Source: Victivallales bacterium | GTDB lineage: Bacteria; Verrucomicrobiota; Lentisphaeria; Victivallales; UBA1829 | Reading direction: 5' to 3' | Assembly: GCA_045594005.1 (NCBI GenBank) | Contig: JAZNXT010000078.1 | Span: forward strand, 1-60,235 | DNA: 60,235 nt | Shown here: one piece after another, positions 49,210 through 59,600 of the stretch | How the letters are laid out: each line of letters starts with the position of its first letter | Position numbering within the stretch: position 1 is the first letter of the stretch | Notes under the pieces: generated by a model | Told to the model about the DNA's origin: nothing | Database searches by the model: none | The model's input: the letters and a program-made list of their open reading frames with translations, nothing else | Program-made: the position numbers and the translations under genes

Positions 49210-50712
49210 TCAATCTTCTGAAAAAACGATCGCTTCAAACACCGTAAAGGTCGCGCCGCTTTTATAATCGTCTGCCTGCAATCCGGCTTTCCGGCACAGA
49301 TGGGATAGCGTTTCTTCCAATGTCCAGCCCTGTTCCGGTGCCACCTGCGGCAGAAAAACAGCACTCCTGCCGTGTTTCGTGACCGTCATACCGTGTTTGC
49401 CGATCACGATCTTGCGCCAATCATCAATACTTTTCGGCGGCGTCAATGCGGAGATCTCGATCCGGACCGCATCAAATTCCCCCTCCCGCAACGGGAAGAA
49501 CCGGGGATCCCGGAACGCGGCATCGCAGGCACGCGCCGTCACCGCTTCGTACAGCGGACGGTACGGTTCGATTTCGCCGATACATCCCCGCAGATTGCCG
49601 TCCGGGCTGTTCAGCGTGACAAATGCGCCCATTTTCATGCGCATACCTTCGCTTGTTTCCTCCCGGTAGGTCTGGGGAGCGGGACTCTTTCCCGTATCAA
49701 ATTTTGCGCGGATGGCGCGGCGTGCAAAGGAAAGGAGTTTCTGCTTATCCGCCGCGCTCAACACATCGTCTTCAAACACCGCTTTGATCCCGCAGGAAAG
49801 ATAACATACGAATCTGCGGTCACCGGATCCGTCATCGGCAGATGTGCAATACCGGAAAAGGGTGCTTTCAAAGGAATCCGGCTTCATGGAAAGCATGGCG
49901 CGGATGGGTTCCGCACCGCAGATGGTGCAATGATTTTCCTCTGTATATTTGTGGAATCCTTCCGGATCGTGATCCTGAATATAACGGTATGCGGCAAGAT
50001 CCACTTTCCGTACATTGGCGATCCGGTCACCGGAGAAGGGGGTATATTGGAAATCGCTGCCGTAGTGGGTGAAATCGGAACTTACGATCAGCACGGTTTC
50101 GGCAGTGAGATGTTTCCGCAGGAATTCACCCAACCCCTGTGCAGTTTCATCCGTCAACTTTCCCACGATCACGGGAAAAATGGTAAATCCTTCCTCCAGA
50201 ACATATTGCAGGAACGGATACTGGATCTGGGTACTGTGTTCATCCCGGTGAACGCGGTCTGATTCCTGTGTGAATTTCAACTTGCGGAATGCCCGTTTCA
50301 ACGAGTCATCAACGGCAATTTCTCCCAATGGCGTGGATACCGCATCTGCTTCCGGAGCAACACATTGATTGTTCAGCCACACACGGTGACTGGGAGCAAG
50401 CAACATTACCCGTTTGAAGGGGCGTTTCTGCAAATGCCGGTATGCGTATGCCGCGCAGAGACCGCTGTATTGATATCCTGCATGAGGGATGATGAATACA
50501 TTGCAATCGTTCCCCGCAGTGCTTGCGGATGTTTCCGCCTCCGCCTGCGCAAGATACATCCCGATCTCATGGCGCAATGCTTTGGGATCACCCGGATACC
50601 AGCTGCCGGCAATGACAGAGGAAAGGACTTTGTGCGGCTGTTGTTTTTCAGTTTTTCCGTCACTGGAATTGAGGGAAAAACTGAAAAGAGCCGGATTCCA
50701 CTTCAGGTCCAT
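49210..50712 (-). CDS. AmmeMemoRadiSam system protein B (Memo)-protein A (AMMECR1) fusion
   Basis: Memo: AGSWYP, PHAGYQYSG, PSH, EHS, SSDFTHYG, CG; AMMECR1: GAFVTL, LRGCIG, DPRF, FLPQVA.EQGW. Confidence 0.9.
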   Translation of the reverse strand: MDLKWNPALFSFSLNSSDGKTEKQQPHKVLSSVIAGSWYPGDPKALRHEIGMYLAQAEAETSASTAGNDCNVFIIPHAGYQYSGLCAAYAYRHLQKRPFKRVMLLAPSHRVWLNNQCVAPEADAVSTPLGEIAVDDSLKRAFRKLKFTQESDRVHRDEHSTQIQYPFLQYVLEEGFTIFPVIVGKLTDETAQGLGEFLRKHLTAETVLIVSSDFTHYGSDFQYTPFSGDRIANVRKVDLAAYRYIQDHDPEGFHKYTEENHCTICGAEPIRAMLSMKPDSFESTLFRYCTSADDGSGDRRFVCYLSCGIKAVFEDDVLSAADKQKLLSFARRAIRAKFDTGKSPAPQTYREETSEGMRMKMGAFVTLNSPDGNLRGCIGEIEPYRPLYEAVTARACDAAFRDPRFFPLREGEFDAVRIEISALTPPKSIDDWRKIVIGKHGMTVTKHGRSAVFLPQVAPEQGWTLEETLSHLCRKAGLQADDYKSGATFTVFEAIVFSED

Positions 50713-50714
50713 GA

Positions 50715-51158
50715 TTATTCGTTGTCTTCGCCGGAAGACTCTTCTTCCGGATCTTCACCCTTGACCCAGAAAGACAGAGCTTTGATGAATTTTTCTTTTT
50801 CCTTGATCTGGTTTTCCAGATCGGCAACTTTCTTTTCGTTAGGAGTTTCTTTGGCTTTTTCTTTATCCAGAGCGGCACTGAGTTTTTCCAGCTCTTTTTC
50901 CGTCTTTTCCTGGAGTTTGACTTTTTTCTTGCTCAATTTTTCTTTGGCATCTTTCAGTTTTTCACTCAGTTTTTTCTGTTTTTCAGTGGATTCACCTTTC
51001 TCATCGGCTTTTTCAATATCTTTTTCGATTTTTTCGATCTTTCTCAAATCACCTTTGAAAGGGTTGGAATTTTTCTTTTTCTTCGGTGCAGCGTCCACTG
51101 CAAGAACAACACCGGCGATCACGGTAAATGCGAGCAAGGCTTTCAGAAAATTTTTCAT
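50715..51158 (-). CDS. Secreted Lys/Glu-rich coiled-coil hypothetical protein
   Basis: Signal peptide MKNFLKALLAFTVIAGVVLAVDA; AGGAG RBS. Confidence 0.75.
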   Translation of the reverse strand: MKNFLKALLAFTVIAGVVLAVDAAPKKKKNSNPFKGDLRKIEKIEKDIEKADEKGESTEKQKKLSEKLKDAKEKLSKKKVKLQEKTEKELEKLSAALDKEKAKETPNEKKVADLENQIKEKEKFIKALSFWVKGEDPEEESSGEDNE

Positions 51159-51275
51159 TTTTTTTCTCCTGAAATTATTTATTCTGTTATGTTTTTTTCT
51201 TTTCAGACCTATTTACAAAACACCGGCTTTCATCAAAATTCAAGTGCGGATTCTGTAAAAAAGATTACTTTTTTG

Positions 51276-52460
51276 TTATCCCAGTCTTTCCACGAGTTCA
51301 TCCAACGGCAGACCATCTTCCGGAATAAACTTGCGCCAGTAGTTCACGGAATCGGAGATCTTGTTGACAATATCGCAGGTGAGATCTGCGGTACCGGCAA
51401 AGACTTCCAATGTGAGTGCGATATTTTTGCAGGGGGCAGGCATATCAGCCGCCGCCGCTTTATCGTAGGCGGATTTGATTGCCTTGAGGACCCGTTCGCC
51501 GCGGATGACACCGGCGGCATTGCATTTTTCATTGAAAGGCTGATGCGCGGAACTTTTTCCATCGGTCTGCTGAAGATGGATGATGGGGGAGTAAGTACCC
51601 AGTTCCTCCAGCCAGCGGTAAGTATCGCCGTCGGAATCCACGGAATAGAGCCACGGATATGCGGCACGGTCGGCTTTCACGATCTCCAGCAGAGCCGCAT
51701 TGCTTTCGCCCTTGAGTGCGCCGGAAACGATCGCTTTTTCCGCTTCCGCACTGCCGAGATAGATGCCTTCCGCTCTGCCATTGGCGCGGATGGAATCAAA
51801 CGCGGCAAAGAGAGTGGCATCATCTTTCGCGGCAAATTTGCGTTGTCCGGACTGATGCCCCGTGTCGATGGTCAGATAGAAATCTTTCCCATTCAATGCA
51901 TAGCAGTCTTTCAGAAGCTGTCCGGCATTTGCCACGGTCCACGGCACCTGATGGGGTGTATACATCTGTTCCACGCCGATGGAATCCAGATTTTTTTCTG
52001 CGGCGTATGCGGCGAGATCGGCAAGGCGTTTCACCAGATCACCGTATGCAAACTGATATTTTTCCGCAGAATTCAATGTACTCTGATCGAAAGCGTGACA
52101 GAAAAAACCGAGGCCTGCGTTCATTTTTGCGGCAAGATCCACCATCCGGTCCAGCCAGTCGTGATGGATCCGTTCGCGGATGCGTCTGTCGGGATGCGCC
52201 AGCCCGAGGGTGGCGTATGTGCCGTGTCCGGAATAGAGATTCATCACCTTGACGCCGGTTTTATCTGCATCGGCAAGGACGGCATCCGCCCAATCGGAAA
52301 GATAGCTTTTTTCGGTGTAGAGCGGGTCGATCTCATTATCGGCACTTGCCTCCACATAATATACGCCGCAATCGGCAAAAAGTTTCATCCAGTGAGCCGG
52401 TTCGCACCAGCGTTTTGATGCCACACAGTTATCAATGGCAAGATAGATCTTCGGGTACAT
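51276..52460 (-). CDS. Xylose-isomerase-like TIM-barrel sugar phosphate isomerase/epimerase
   Basis: Metal ligands in GVEQM, IDTGH, IHLQQTDG, TLEV. Confidence 0.75.
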   Translation of the reverse strand: MYPKIYLAIDNCVASKRWCEPAHWMKLFADCGVYYVEASADNEIDPLYTEKSYLSDWADAVLADADKTGVKVMNLYSGHGTYATLGLAHPDRRIRERIHHDWLDRMVDLAAKMNAGLGFFCHAFDQSTLNSAEKYQFAYGDLVKRLADLAAYAAEKNLDSIGVEQMYTPHQVPWTVANAGQLLKDCYALNGKDFYLTIDTGHQSGQRKFAAKDDATLFAAFDSIRANGRAEGIYLGSAEAEKAIVSGALKGESNAALLEIVKADRAAYPWLYSVDSDGDTYRWLEELGTYSPIIHLQQTDGKSSAHQPFNEKCNAAGVIRGERVLKAIKSAYDKAAAADMPAPCKNIALTLEVFAGTADLTCDIVNKISDSVNYWRKFIPEDGLPLDELVERLG

Positions 52461-52492
52461 CTGCTGTTTCCTTTCGTAAGTGTAAGATATTG

Positions 52493-52879
52493 TTATACTA
52501 TATCATGATTTTTCTGTTTTTTCAACCGTTTTCCGCCTTCGCAGACATCATCCCAGCCCGGGAATCGCCAGAAAAAGGGAAAGTCACGGCACTGTTTGGG
52601 TTTCACCGGCTGGATCAGACAGCCTCCTCCGCCCGCTTCCGTGTAGAATATGCAGTCGCCGTTTTCGTGTTCCGCGATGGTCAGCCCTGTTCTGTCCGGC
52701 AGAAGTGCGGTGTATTGCTCTGTAAACTGATATACATCCAATTCCAGAAAAGCGGCGATCTGAACGATCTCCACATTGGAAAGACGCACAGTTCCGTGTT
52801 TACGGCAGCAGTTTCCGCACCGCATACAGCGGAATTCCTTCTGCAGAAAATCCAGAGTATATTCATCGCCGCACTTCAT
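52493..52879 (-). CDS. YkgJ family cysteine-cluster (CxxCxxCC) protein
   Basis: CMRCGNCC, CIFY, CLIQPVKPKQCRDFPF, terminal CEG. Confidence 0.9.
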   Translation of the reverse strand: MKCGDEYTLDFLQKEFRCMRCGNCCRKHGTVRLSNVEIVQIAAFLELDVYQFTEQYTALLPDRTGLTIAEHENGDCIFYTEAGGGGCLIQPVKPKQCRDFPFFWRFPGWDDVCEGGKRLKKQKNHDIV

Positions 52880-53601
52880 TATTTCACCTTTTCCTTTTTC
52901 GGACGCAGGATCAGAGTTACGGCAACTTCCTCCACACCGTCTTTTCCCGGTTTCACGATCCGGTCTGTAACGGCGATAAATTCGGATTTGAGTTCCTCCT
53001 GCGGCAGCTTCATGCAGAGAATGGAATTTTCGTCATTGCTGTTGATGTCGATAAGGTTCCCTTCTTTGGATGCCATACATTCCCCGTTGAGAAAATTGGA
53101 GCCGATGAAGATGAGCCCGCCGCTTTTCACATCCTTTTTTGCAGTGGCATTGTAAAGCCAGCGTTCCGCATTTTCCTCCTGACCGTTCTTCAGTTTCACA
53201 ATCAGGTCAAACGCATCTCCCGCACGGAGTTGTTTTGTGCTTTCCACGGGACCGTTCCGGTATCCGGCAAGGATCAGAGAAAGCTGCAGCAGAAAGGGAT
53301 CGATCTGCGTGATGAACAAACTTTCATGAGTACGCCCGATCTCCGTGGTGATAATGACTTCAATGGTGCCTTCCCGGATATTGGTCACTGCGGGAAATGC
53401 GATCTCTTTCGTGCGGCGGTCAATGGTGATCCCCCGCAGGAAAATATTGCCGTTTTTATCCAGCTTCCCCCCCAACCGCTGAAGCGTCATTTTTTCCCGG
53501 TCGGATAACGCCAGCAGATCCTGCTGTCCGCTGACATTTCCGCAGAAAAATATCAACAGAAAAAGAAGGATGATCGAACTGTAAATCTTTTTCCGCATCA
53601 A
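52879..53601 (-). CDS. Exported YdjY-domain-like protein
   Basis: Signal peptide; IEVII...GRTHESLF, LSLILAG, FIGS, GNLI pattern. Confidence 0.6.
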   Translation of the reverse strand: MMRKKIYSSIILLFLLIFFCGNVSGQQDLLALSDREKMTLQRLGGKLDKNGNIFLRGITIDRRTKEIAFPAVTNIREGTIEVIITTEIGRTHESLFITQIDPFLLQLSLILAGYRNGPVESTKQLRAGDAFDLIVKLKNGQEENAERWLYNATAKKDVKSGGLIFIGSNFLNGECMASKEGNLIDINSNDENSILCMKLPQEELKSEFIAVTDRIVKPGKDGVEEVAVTLILRPKKEKVK

Positions 53602-54593
53602 TCGTCTTCCGGTTTCGCTTTTCTTGTCATCAATCCATGAAGCACATCCGCCGGAGCCATATTTTCATACAGGACGCGGTAAACTCCTTCCAGCAGAGGC
53701 ATTTCCACATCTGCTTTCTGTGCCAGTGCGTATGCCGCTTCACAAGTTTTCACTCCTTCTGCAACCACCATGTTCATGGAACGGATGATCTCATCCAGTT
53801 TTCTGCCTTTTCCGAGTTCCTCACCCACATAACGGTTGCGGCTGTGACGGCTCATACAGGTCACGATCAGATCTCCGATCCCGGAAAGTCCGCTGAAAGT
53901 CCGCTTTTTCCCGCCGAGTTTTTCTCCGAGCCGCGCCATTTCCGTGATCCCCCGGGTCATCAACGCAGCTTTGGTATTATCTCCCAATCCGGCACCATCT
54001 ATGATCCCTGCGGCAATGGCAAACACATTTTTCAATGCTCCGCCCAGTTCCACACCCACAACATCCCGTGCCGTATAGATCCGCAGAAAATCGTTCATAA
54101 ATGCTTTCTGAACGATTTTTGCCGCCGCAGTGCTTGCAGACGCCGCCACAATGGCTGTGGGGACTTCCCGTGCAACTTCTTCCGCGTGGCTTGGTCCGGA
54201 AAATGCCACATAGCGCGTTTTTCCGAGGATCTTATCGCAAAGTTCGCTCATCCGCAGCAATGTTCCGCTTTCCACGCCCTTGGATATATCCATAATGATC
54301 TGTTTTTTCCGGTCAAGATGCGGGGCAAGTTTTTCCAGTGTGCCGCGCAGATATTGAGACGGCGATGCCAGCATCACAATGGAGGCTCCCTTCACGGTCC
54401 GCGCCATATCGGTGGTGAACGGCAGATCCGCAGGAAGTGTCACGCCCGGAAGAAAACGGTTCGTATGATCCGTATTGACCGCATCCACATTTTCCTGAAA
54501 CGCTCCCCAGACGATTACATCATGTCCGTTCCGGTATGCGGTCAGAGCAAGAGCTGTTCCCCAGCCTCCATCACCCAGAACTGCAATTTTCAT
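53598..54593 (-). CDS. gpsA: NAD(P)H-dependent glycerol-3-phosphate dehydrogenase
   Basis: LGDGGWGTALA, SGPSHAEEV, GGALKNV, GDLIVTC.S.HSRN. Confidence 0.97.
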   Translation of the reverse strand: MKIAVLGDGGWGTALALTAYRNGHDVIVWGAFQENVDAVNTDHTNRFLPGVTLPADLPFTTDMARTVKGASIVMLASPSQYLRGTLEKLAPHLDRKKQIIMDISKGVESGTLLRMSELCDKILGKTRYVAFSGPSHAEEVAREVPTAIVAASASTAAAKIVQKAFMNDFLRIYTARDVVGVELGGALKNVFAIAAGIIDGAGLGDNTKAALMTRGITEMARLGEKLGGKKRTFSGLSGIGDLIVTCMSRHSRNRYVGEELGKGRKLDEIIRSMNMVVAEGVKTCEAAYALAQKADVEMPLLEGVYRVLYENMAPADVLHGLMTRKAKPEDD

Positions 54594-55240
54594 TTTTCCG
54601 CCTCATGTTCTGTTTTCGGCTTTTTGTCAAAACGGTTTTCTGTTCCGTTCAGCAGCCGTTTGATATTGGAAGAATGTTTCACAATGGAAAGCACCGCCAG
54701 AAGCGTGAGCAGCCCCAGTTCCACAGAAGATGCCGCAAGACCAAGCCCCAATCTGTTCCAGATCCACGCATAGACCGGCAGCAGTGCCGCCGCCAGGATA
54801 CTTGCCAGTGAGACATAACGGCTGAGCAGAAAAACGATCACCCAGGTGAGCAATGCCGTCAGCAGAGGTACCGGACATAATGCCAGGATCGCGCCGGCAG
54901 CGGTGGAAACGCCTTTGCCGCCTTTGAAGCCGATCCAGACCGGAAACATGTGACCCGCCACTGCAAAAAGTGCGGCAACGGACGGCAGCAGACCGTAATC
55001 ATCGCAGAAAAACATTTTGACCAGCAGCACCGGCAGCGCACCTTTGATCAGATCCAATGCAAAACACACTTTTCCCCAGCCTTTACCCACCACGCGGGTC
55101 ACATTGGTGGCTCCGATATTGCCGCTCCCGTGTTCGCGGATGTCGATCCCTTTCAGCTTCCCGATCAAAAGCCCGAAGGGGATCGAGCCTGCAAGATAGG
55201 CACCGAAGACTGCAACGATCACATTCACTGTCATAGTCAT
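54590..55240 (-). CDS. plsY: Glycerol-3-phosphate acyltransferase
   Basis: GSIPFG, GSGNIGATN, GHMFP, FKGGKGV, HSSNIKRL. Confidence 0.96.
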   Translation of the reverse strand: MTMTVNVIVAVFGAYLAGSIPFGLLIGKLKGIDIREHGSGNIGATNVTRVVGKGWGKVCFALDLIKGALPVLLVKMFFCDDYGLLPSVAALFAVAGHMFPVWIGFKGGKGVSTAAGAILALCPVPLLTALLTWVIVFLLSRYVSLASILAAALLPVYAWIWNRLGLGLAASSVELGLLTLLAVLSIVKHSSNIKRLLNGTENRFDKKPKTEHEAEK

Positions 55241-55347
55241 AATAAATCTTTCTTTCCCGTTTGCATTTCACTGGTGTTTGTTGTATATTCCAACCAATGT
55301 AAATTTACTGTAAAAATCGCATTTTACAAGTCAGGAGCGCGTGTTTT

Positions 55348-56481
55348 ATGGAAAAAAATAATGTGGGCAGACTCATTGCCGCAGACGGCAGAGACAGCAA
55401 TATCCTTTACGGCGGCGGCTTCAAAGCCTCCGATGAATTCATCTATTTTGAAGACCCGGAAGGCAAACGCCATCTGGTGGTCTCCGCATTGGAACTCTCC
55501 CGGGCAAAAACCGAAGCCAACAGCGATGTCACCGTCATCGATTACGGCGATTTTATGAAAAAATATCCCCGGGATGCACGCCCGCCTGTGCTTGCCGCAT
55601 TGACGGAATTTGCAATGGTGGAGGGCTGGATCGTGCCGCCCTCTTTTCCGGTCGGGTATGCCGATATGCTCCGGGAAAAAGGTTATACCGTAACTGTGGC
55701 GGAAGGTGATTTTTTCCCGCAGCGGACCGTGAAACGGAGTGACGAACTGGAGAAGATCCGCGAAATGGAACGCATCACGCAGGATGCCATGATGATGGTG
55801 CGGGATATGATCATTTCCGCATCGGTAAACTGTCATAATATGCTCGTCCGGAAAGATGGTGAGATCCTGACCAGTGAGTATCTGCGCTGCGAAGTGGAAG
55901 CGGAATTCAAACGCAAATTCTGTTCTGCGGAACATACTATCATTGCAGGTGGTTGTGACGGCGCAGCACCCCATTGTACCGGCAGCGGTCCCATCTATGC
56001 TCATACCCCGGTGGTCTGTGATATTTTTCCGCGCAGTGACATCCATGGATATTGGGGAGATATGACCCGGACTTTCTGCAAGGGATCTGCTGCACCCGTG
56101 GTGAAACGCGCTTTCGATTCCGTTCTCAAAGCCTCGGAAAAAGCACTTGCCATGCTCCGGGCGGGTGTGACCGGTGAAGCCGTCCACAACTGTGCCGCCC
56201 GATCCATGGAATCCGATGGTTTCATGACATACAAAAATGCCAATGGTGATCCCTGCGGATTTTTCCACGGTCTCGGACACGGCGTGGGGCTGGATATTCA
56301 CGAGCAGCCACGCCTTTCTCCCGCCAATAAATCACCCCTGCCGGTCAATGCCGTTGTCAGTGTGGAACCCGGTCTTTACGATCCGGAATGGGGCGGGATC
56401 CGGCTGGAGGATCTGGTGGCAGTTACGGAAGACGGATACGAAAATTTCTGCACCATGGAAAAGGAATTGGAGCTGCCGTAA
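55348..56481 (+). CDS. Xaa-Pro aminopeptidase (M24 family)
   Basis: CDIFP, GDMTRT, HGLGHGVGLDIHE.P, VEPGLY, GIRLED. Confidence 0.92.
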   Translation: MEKNNVGRLIAADGRDSNILYGGGFKASDEFIYFEDPEGKRHLVVSALELSRAKTEANSDVTVIDYGDFMKKYPRDARPPVLAALTEFAMVEGWIVPPSFPVGYADMLREKGYTVTVAEGDFFPQRTVKRSDELEKIREMERITQDAMMMVRDMIISASVNCHNMLVRKDGEILTSEYLRCEVEAEFKRKFCSAEHTIIAGGCDGAAPHCTGSGPIYAHTPVVCDIFPRSDIHGYWGDMTRTFCKGSAAPVVKRAFDSVLKASEKALAMLRAGVTGEAVHNCAARSMESDGFMTYKNANGDPCGFFHGLGHGVGLDIHEQPRLSPANKSPLPVNAVVSVEPGLYDPEWGGIRLEDLVAVTEDGYENFCTMEKELELP

Positions 56482-56600
56482 GCAGTACAGCAGAAAAAAT
56501 TTGATATTTTCCATCTCATCTGTTAGTAAAATCGCGGAAGTATGCTATATTATAAAAATAATTGCATACTGAAACAACTAACAAAACATGGATGAGAAAA

Positions 56601-59600
56601 ATGTTCAAACCTGTATCCGGGGAAACTGAATTCCCCAAAATCGAAGAAGCCACCCTGCGTTTCTGGCAGGAAAACAACACCTTTGAACAGTCTTTGCAGA
56701 ACCGCAAAGGCTGTCCTGAATACGTTTTTTATGACGGACCTCCCTTCGCTACCGGATTGCCTCATTACGGCCATCTCCTCGCCGGGACCATCAAAGACGT
56801 GATTCCCCGGTATCAGACCATGCTGGGCAAATACTGCCGCCGTACTTTCGGCTGGGACTGCCACGGTCTGCCGGTGGAAAACGAAATGGAAAAACAGCTT
56901 GCCAAAGAAATGGATCTGGAAAAATTCGGCAAGAAGGAAATCGAAAAGTACGGGATCGGCAACTTCAATGAAGCCTGCCGCGGTATCGTGCTGCGTTATA
57001 CCGAAGAATGGAAATCCATCGTCACCCGTATGGGCAGATGGGTGGATTTCGATAACGGATACCGCACGATGGATACCCCCTATATGGAGTCCATCTGGTG
57101 GGTGTTCAAGCAGCTTTGGGATCAGGGATTGATCTACGAAGGATTCCGCGTCCAGCCCTATTGCCCCCGTTGTTCCACACCGCTGGCACAGCACGAAGCA
57201 AGTCAGGGGTATCAGGAAGTTTCCGATCCCACTGTGACTGTCCGTTTCAAACTCAAAAATGCGGAAAACACCTACATCATCGCCTGGACCACCACCCCGT
57301 GGACACTCCCCAGCAATATGGCTCTGGCTGTCGGTCCGGAACTGGATTATGTGAAGGTGGAAGACAATGGCGAATTCTACATCATGGCAGAAGCGCGTAT
57401 GAGTGCCTACTACAAAAAAGATGCCATGCCCGCCATTGTGGAACGCTATAAAGGAAAAGATCTTGCCGGACTTCAGTACGAACCGCTGTTCCCCTTCTTC
57501 CTCGGCGAAAAAGCACAGGGCGGCTATCTGGTGGTCGGCTCCGAATACAAGCAGATCAAAGAAGGATTCGACTTCGTGGAAAACGGTGCATACCGTGTGG
57601 TGACAGCCGATTATGTCAGCACGGAAGATGGTACCGGTATCGTTCACATCGCTCCGCTTTTCGGGGAAGACGATAATCAGGTGGGCAAGGCGAACGGTAT
57701 CCCCGCAGTCTGTCCGGTGGACGATGAATGCTGCTTCAATGAACTGGTTCCGGATTATCAGGGTCAGTTTGTGAAATCTGCGGACAAAGCCATTATCGAA
57801 TGGCTGAAAGCCGAAGGCAAACTGGTGGTGAAAAGCACCGTCAAACACAGCTATCCCCACTGCTGGCGTTGCGATTCTGCTCTTATCTACAAGGCGATCC
57901 CCACCTGGTTTATGAATATTGACAAGGTCAAAGCAAAAATGCTTGCCGCCAATGCGCAGATGACCTGGATCCCCGGTCACATCAAAGAAGGCAGATTCGG
58001 CAAATGGCTGGAAAATGCCCGCGACTGGAACTTGAGCAGAAACCGTTACTGGGGCTGTCCGATCCCCATCTGGCGCAATGTGGAAACCGGCGAAACGGTC
58101 TGCGTCGGATCTGTGGCGGAACTGGAAGAACTCACCGGCAAAAAGATCACGGATATCCACAAACATTTTGTAGATGATCTGGAGATCGTTACCGCCAACG
58201 GCACTGTGCTGCGCCGTATCCCGGAAGTCTTCGACTGCTGGTTTGAAAGCGGATCCATGCCCTATGCACAGAATCACTATCCCTTTGAAAATAAAGAGTT
58301 CTTCGACAAACATTTCCCTGCCGACTTTATCGGGGAAGGTCAGGATCAGACGCGCGGCTGGTTCTACACGCTCACCGTGCTTGCCGCCGCACTCTTTGAC
58401 AAACCCGCCGCACTCAATGTGATCGTCAACGGTATGATCCTGGCGGAAAACGGGCTGAAAATGAGTAAACGCCTGAAAAATTATCCCGATCCCATGTATG
58501 TGGTGGAACGCTACGGCGCAGACGCGCTCCGTCTGTTCCTGCTGGAATCTCAAGTGGTCCGCGCAGAAGATCTGAAGTTCTCCGAAGACGGTATCAAAGA
58601 AGTCCTCCGTTCGGTCCTCCTGCCCATCTGGAACAGTTTCCAGTTCTTCATCACCTATGCGAATCTGGATAACTGGACTCCCCCGGCAGGCGATGCGGTG
58701 GCTCCGGAAAATCCTGCCAACCCGCTGGATAAATGGATCCTTTCCGCATTGGCGGATATGGTGGACGAGATCCGTTCCGCTATGGATGCTTATCAGCTGC
58801 AGAAAGCGGCAAACCGTTTTGAAGCCTTTGCCGACAGCCTGACCAACTGGTATATCCGCCGCAGCCGCCGCCGTTTCTGGAAAAGCCAGAACGATACGGA
58901 TAAAGCCGATGCCTATGCAACATTGTACTATGTGCTAATCACATTTGTCAAGACAGCCGCTCCCTTCATTCCGTGTCTGACGGAAGAGATCTATCGTTCT
59001 CTCCGCACGGAATCCATGCCGGAATCAGTGCATTTGTGCGATTTCCCGGTGGCGGAAACCTGGCGCAGAGATGAATATCTGGAAAAACAGATGGATCTCA
59101 CCATGCGTACTGTTTCTCTCGGTCGTTTCCTCCGTACCCAGCGGTCTTTGAAGGTGCGTCAGCCGCTTGCCCGTGCCATTGTGGTTTCTCTGGATGGTGA
59201 AGTCCGCAAAATGCTGGAAGAAAACGCATCTATCGTGGCGGAAGAATTGAATGTGAAGAAACTGGATGTTCTTGCCGATGAAGAAGAACTGGTCCATCTT
59301 TCTGCGAAAGCCAACTTCAAAGCACTGGGATCGCGTCTTGGCGGAAAAATGAAAGAAGCCGCCGCATTGATCCAGAAACTGGAAAGTTCAGCCATTGCCT
59401 CCGTACTGCGGGGCGAAGAAGTTTCCGTGACGCTTGCCGATGGTACTGTTGTGCCGCTGACCGCCGGAGATTTGAGCGTGATCCGTCAGGAAAAACCGGG
59501 TGTTTGTGTGGCAACAGACAACGCGATCACCATTGCATTGGAAACGGAATTGACCGATGAACTGATCCGGGAAGGCTATGCCCGCGAAATCGTCAGCAAG

